DNA from: Malacoraja senta
Lineage: Eukaryota
Direction: 5' to 3'
Assembly (NCBI GenBank): GCA_038087875.1
Contig: JAXLNO010001095.1
Span: 4,004-38,139, forward strand
Length of the DNA stretch: 34,136 bases
Position numbers and translations under genes: made by a program
Shown: piece by piece, positions 32,835 through 34,136 of the stretch
Position numbering within the stretch: position 1 is the stretch's first letter
How the letters are laid out: the number at the start of each line of letters is the position of its first letter
The notes under the pieces: model-generated
The model's database searches: none
Seen by the model: the letters and a program-made list of their open reading frames with translations, nothing else
Told to the model about the DNA's origin: nothing

Positions 32835-33385
32835 TGCTGAGACCACACCTGGAGTGTGGTGTGCAGTTTTGGCCTGTTGGCCTTCATAACAAGAGGAGTT
32901 GAGTAGGAGCGAAGAGGTCCTTCTGCAGTTGTACAGGGCCCTAGTGAGACCACACGTGGAATATTGCGTACAGTTTTGATCCCCTAATTTGAGGAAGGAC
33001 ATTCTTGCTATTGAGAGAGGCCAGCGTAGGTTTACCAGGTTAATTCACGGGATGGCGGGACTGTCATATGCTGAGTGAATGGAGCGGCTGGGCTTGTACA
33101 CTCTGGAGTTTAGAAGGATGAGAGGGAATCTCATTGAAACATATAAGATTATTAAGGGTTTGGACACGATAGAGGCAGGAAACATGTTCCCGATATTGGG
33201 AGGAGTCCAGAACCAGGGGCCATAGTTTAAGAATAAGGGGTAAGCCATTTAGAACGGAGACGATGAAACACTTTTTTCTCAGAGAGTTGTGAGTCTGTGG
33301 AATTATCTGCCTGAGAATTCTCAGGCAGGTGGAGGCCGGTTCTCTGGATGTTTTTTCAAGAGAGAGTTAGATAGAGCTCTAAAAG
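32835..33385 (+). mobile_element. CR1 3' fragment with a short internal rearrangement
   Basis: gagaccacacctggag / gagaccacacgtggaa occur twice; continues through the RT C-terminus and ends before the usual tail. Confidence 0.8.
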
Positions 33386-34136
33386 AGGTAGAGAGAGAGA
33401 GACAGAGAGAGAGAGATAGATAGAGAAATAGAGAGAGATAGACAGACAGCGAGAGACAGAGACAGGGATGGAGAAATATGAGGCAGATACAGAGATAGAG
33501 AGAGAGAGTGAGACAGAGAAAGTGAGAGAAAGACAGAAAGATAGAGATAGAGAAAGCGATGGAGAGATAGAGGGACAGAGAGGGAGGGACAGAGAGTGAG
33601 ACGGNNNNNNNNNNNNNNNNNNNNNNNNNNNNNNNNNNNNNNNNNNNNNNNNNNNNNNNNNNNNNNNNNNNNNNNNNNNNNNNNNNNNNNNNNNNNNNNN
33701 NNNNNNNNNNNNNNNNNNNNNNNNNNNNNNNNNNNNNNNNNNNNNNNNNNNNNNNNNNNNNNNNNNNNNNNNNGAAATGGAGAGAGACAGAGAGAAATAG
33801 AGATAGAGAGAGAGTGGAAGAAAGAGAGAGAGACAGAGAGAGAGACAGAGAGAGACAGTCAGTGAGAGGGAGTGAGACAGAGAGAGAGGCAGAAAGAGAG
33901 AGTGGGGGAGAGAGAGAGAAAGAGAGAGACACAGAGAGAGAGAGAAGGAGACAGAGAGAGAGAACCAGAGAGAGAAACAGAGAGAGACATAGAGAGGGGC
34001 AGAGAGATAGGGAGAGAGAGGCAGAGAGAGAGTAAGAAAGACAGAGAGAGAGACAGAGAGAGAAACAGAGCAAGAGAGAGACAGAGAGAAACAGAGAGAG
34101 AGGGAGACAGAGAGAGAGAGGGAGAGCAAAGCAAGA
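33385..34136. repeat. GA-rich degenerate microsatellite (AG/AGAC/AGAT), interrupted by a gap
   Basis: Low-complexity purine tract; source of the spurious SL-rich and ER-rich ORFs. Confidence 0.95.
33605..33773. other. Assembly gap (169 N)
   Basis: Run of N. Confidence 1.

Noticed and set aside
33321-34134. Long ORFs (250-257 aa) rich in S/L or E/R
   Set aside because: They are translations of GA/CT microsatellite and N gaps, not genes.
1-34136. True tRNA/rRNA genes or CRISPR arrays
   Set aside because: tRNA-like A/B boxes occur only as SINE heads; no rRNA similarity and no repeat-spacer arrays; the sequence is eukaryotic.

Overview
Repeat-dense vertebrate genomic DNA, most likely from a cartilaginous fish (skate/ray-like; inferred from the CR1, Penelope, HE1/V-SINE-like and L1 repeat mix and from the protein found). 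Most of the window is transposable elements, and most ORFs in the six-frame track are retroelement debris. The only host gene I can support is the 3' half of a minus-strand MHC class I-like gene: an Ig C1 (alpha3-like) exon at 18441-18707, a transmembrane exon at 14601-14708 and a candidate terminal exon at 4190-4230. Spliced in phase they read ...HSSLPGGKTIIW-E-[TGA]-NGKKDRHIGLIAVCVLILLAIALAVIVWWRKKRR-DYQNIQPKQNVHC*. Two points stand out: the tail carries YQNI, the same tyrosine sorting motif as human CD1b, and the TM exon has an in-frame TGA just before the membrane anchor. I found no alpha1/alpha2 exons in the ~14 kb upstream. The window also holds a near-full-length L1 (+), a near-full-length CR1 (-), three TIR elements with readable target-site duplications (TSDs), a solo LTR nested with a 5-bp-TSD hAT-like element, and a Penelope fragment with an intact minimal hammerhead ribozyme core. 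Two N gaps near the right end limit interpretation. Repeat boundaries without a TSD are approximate.
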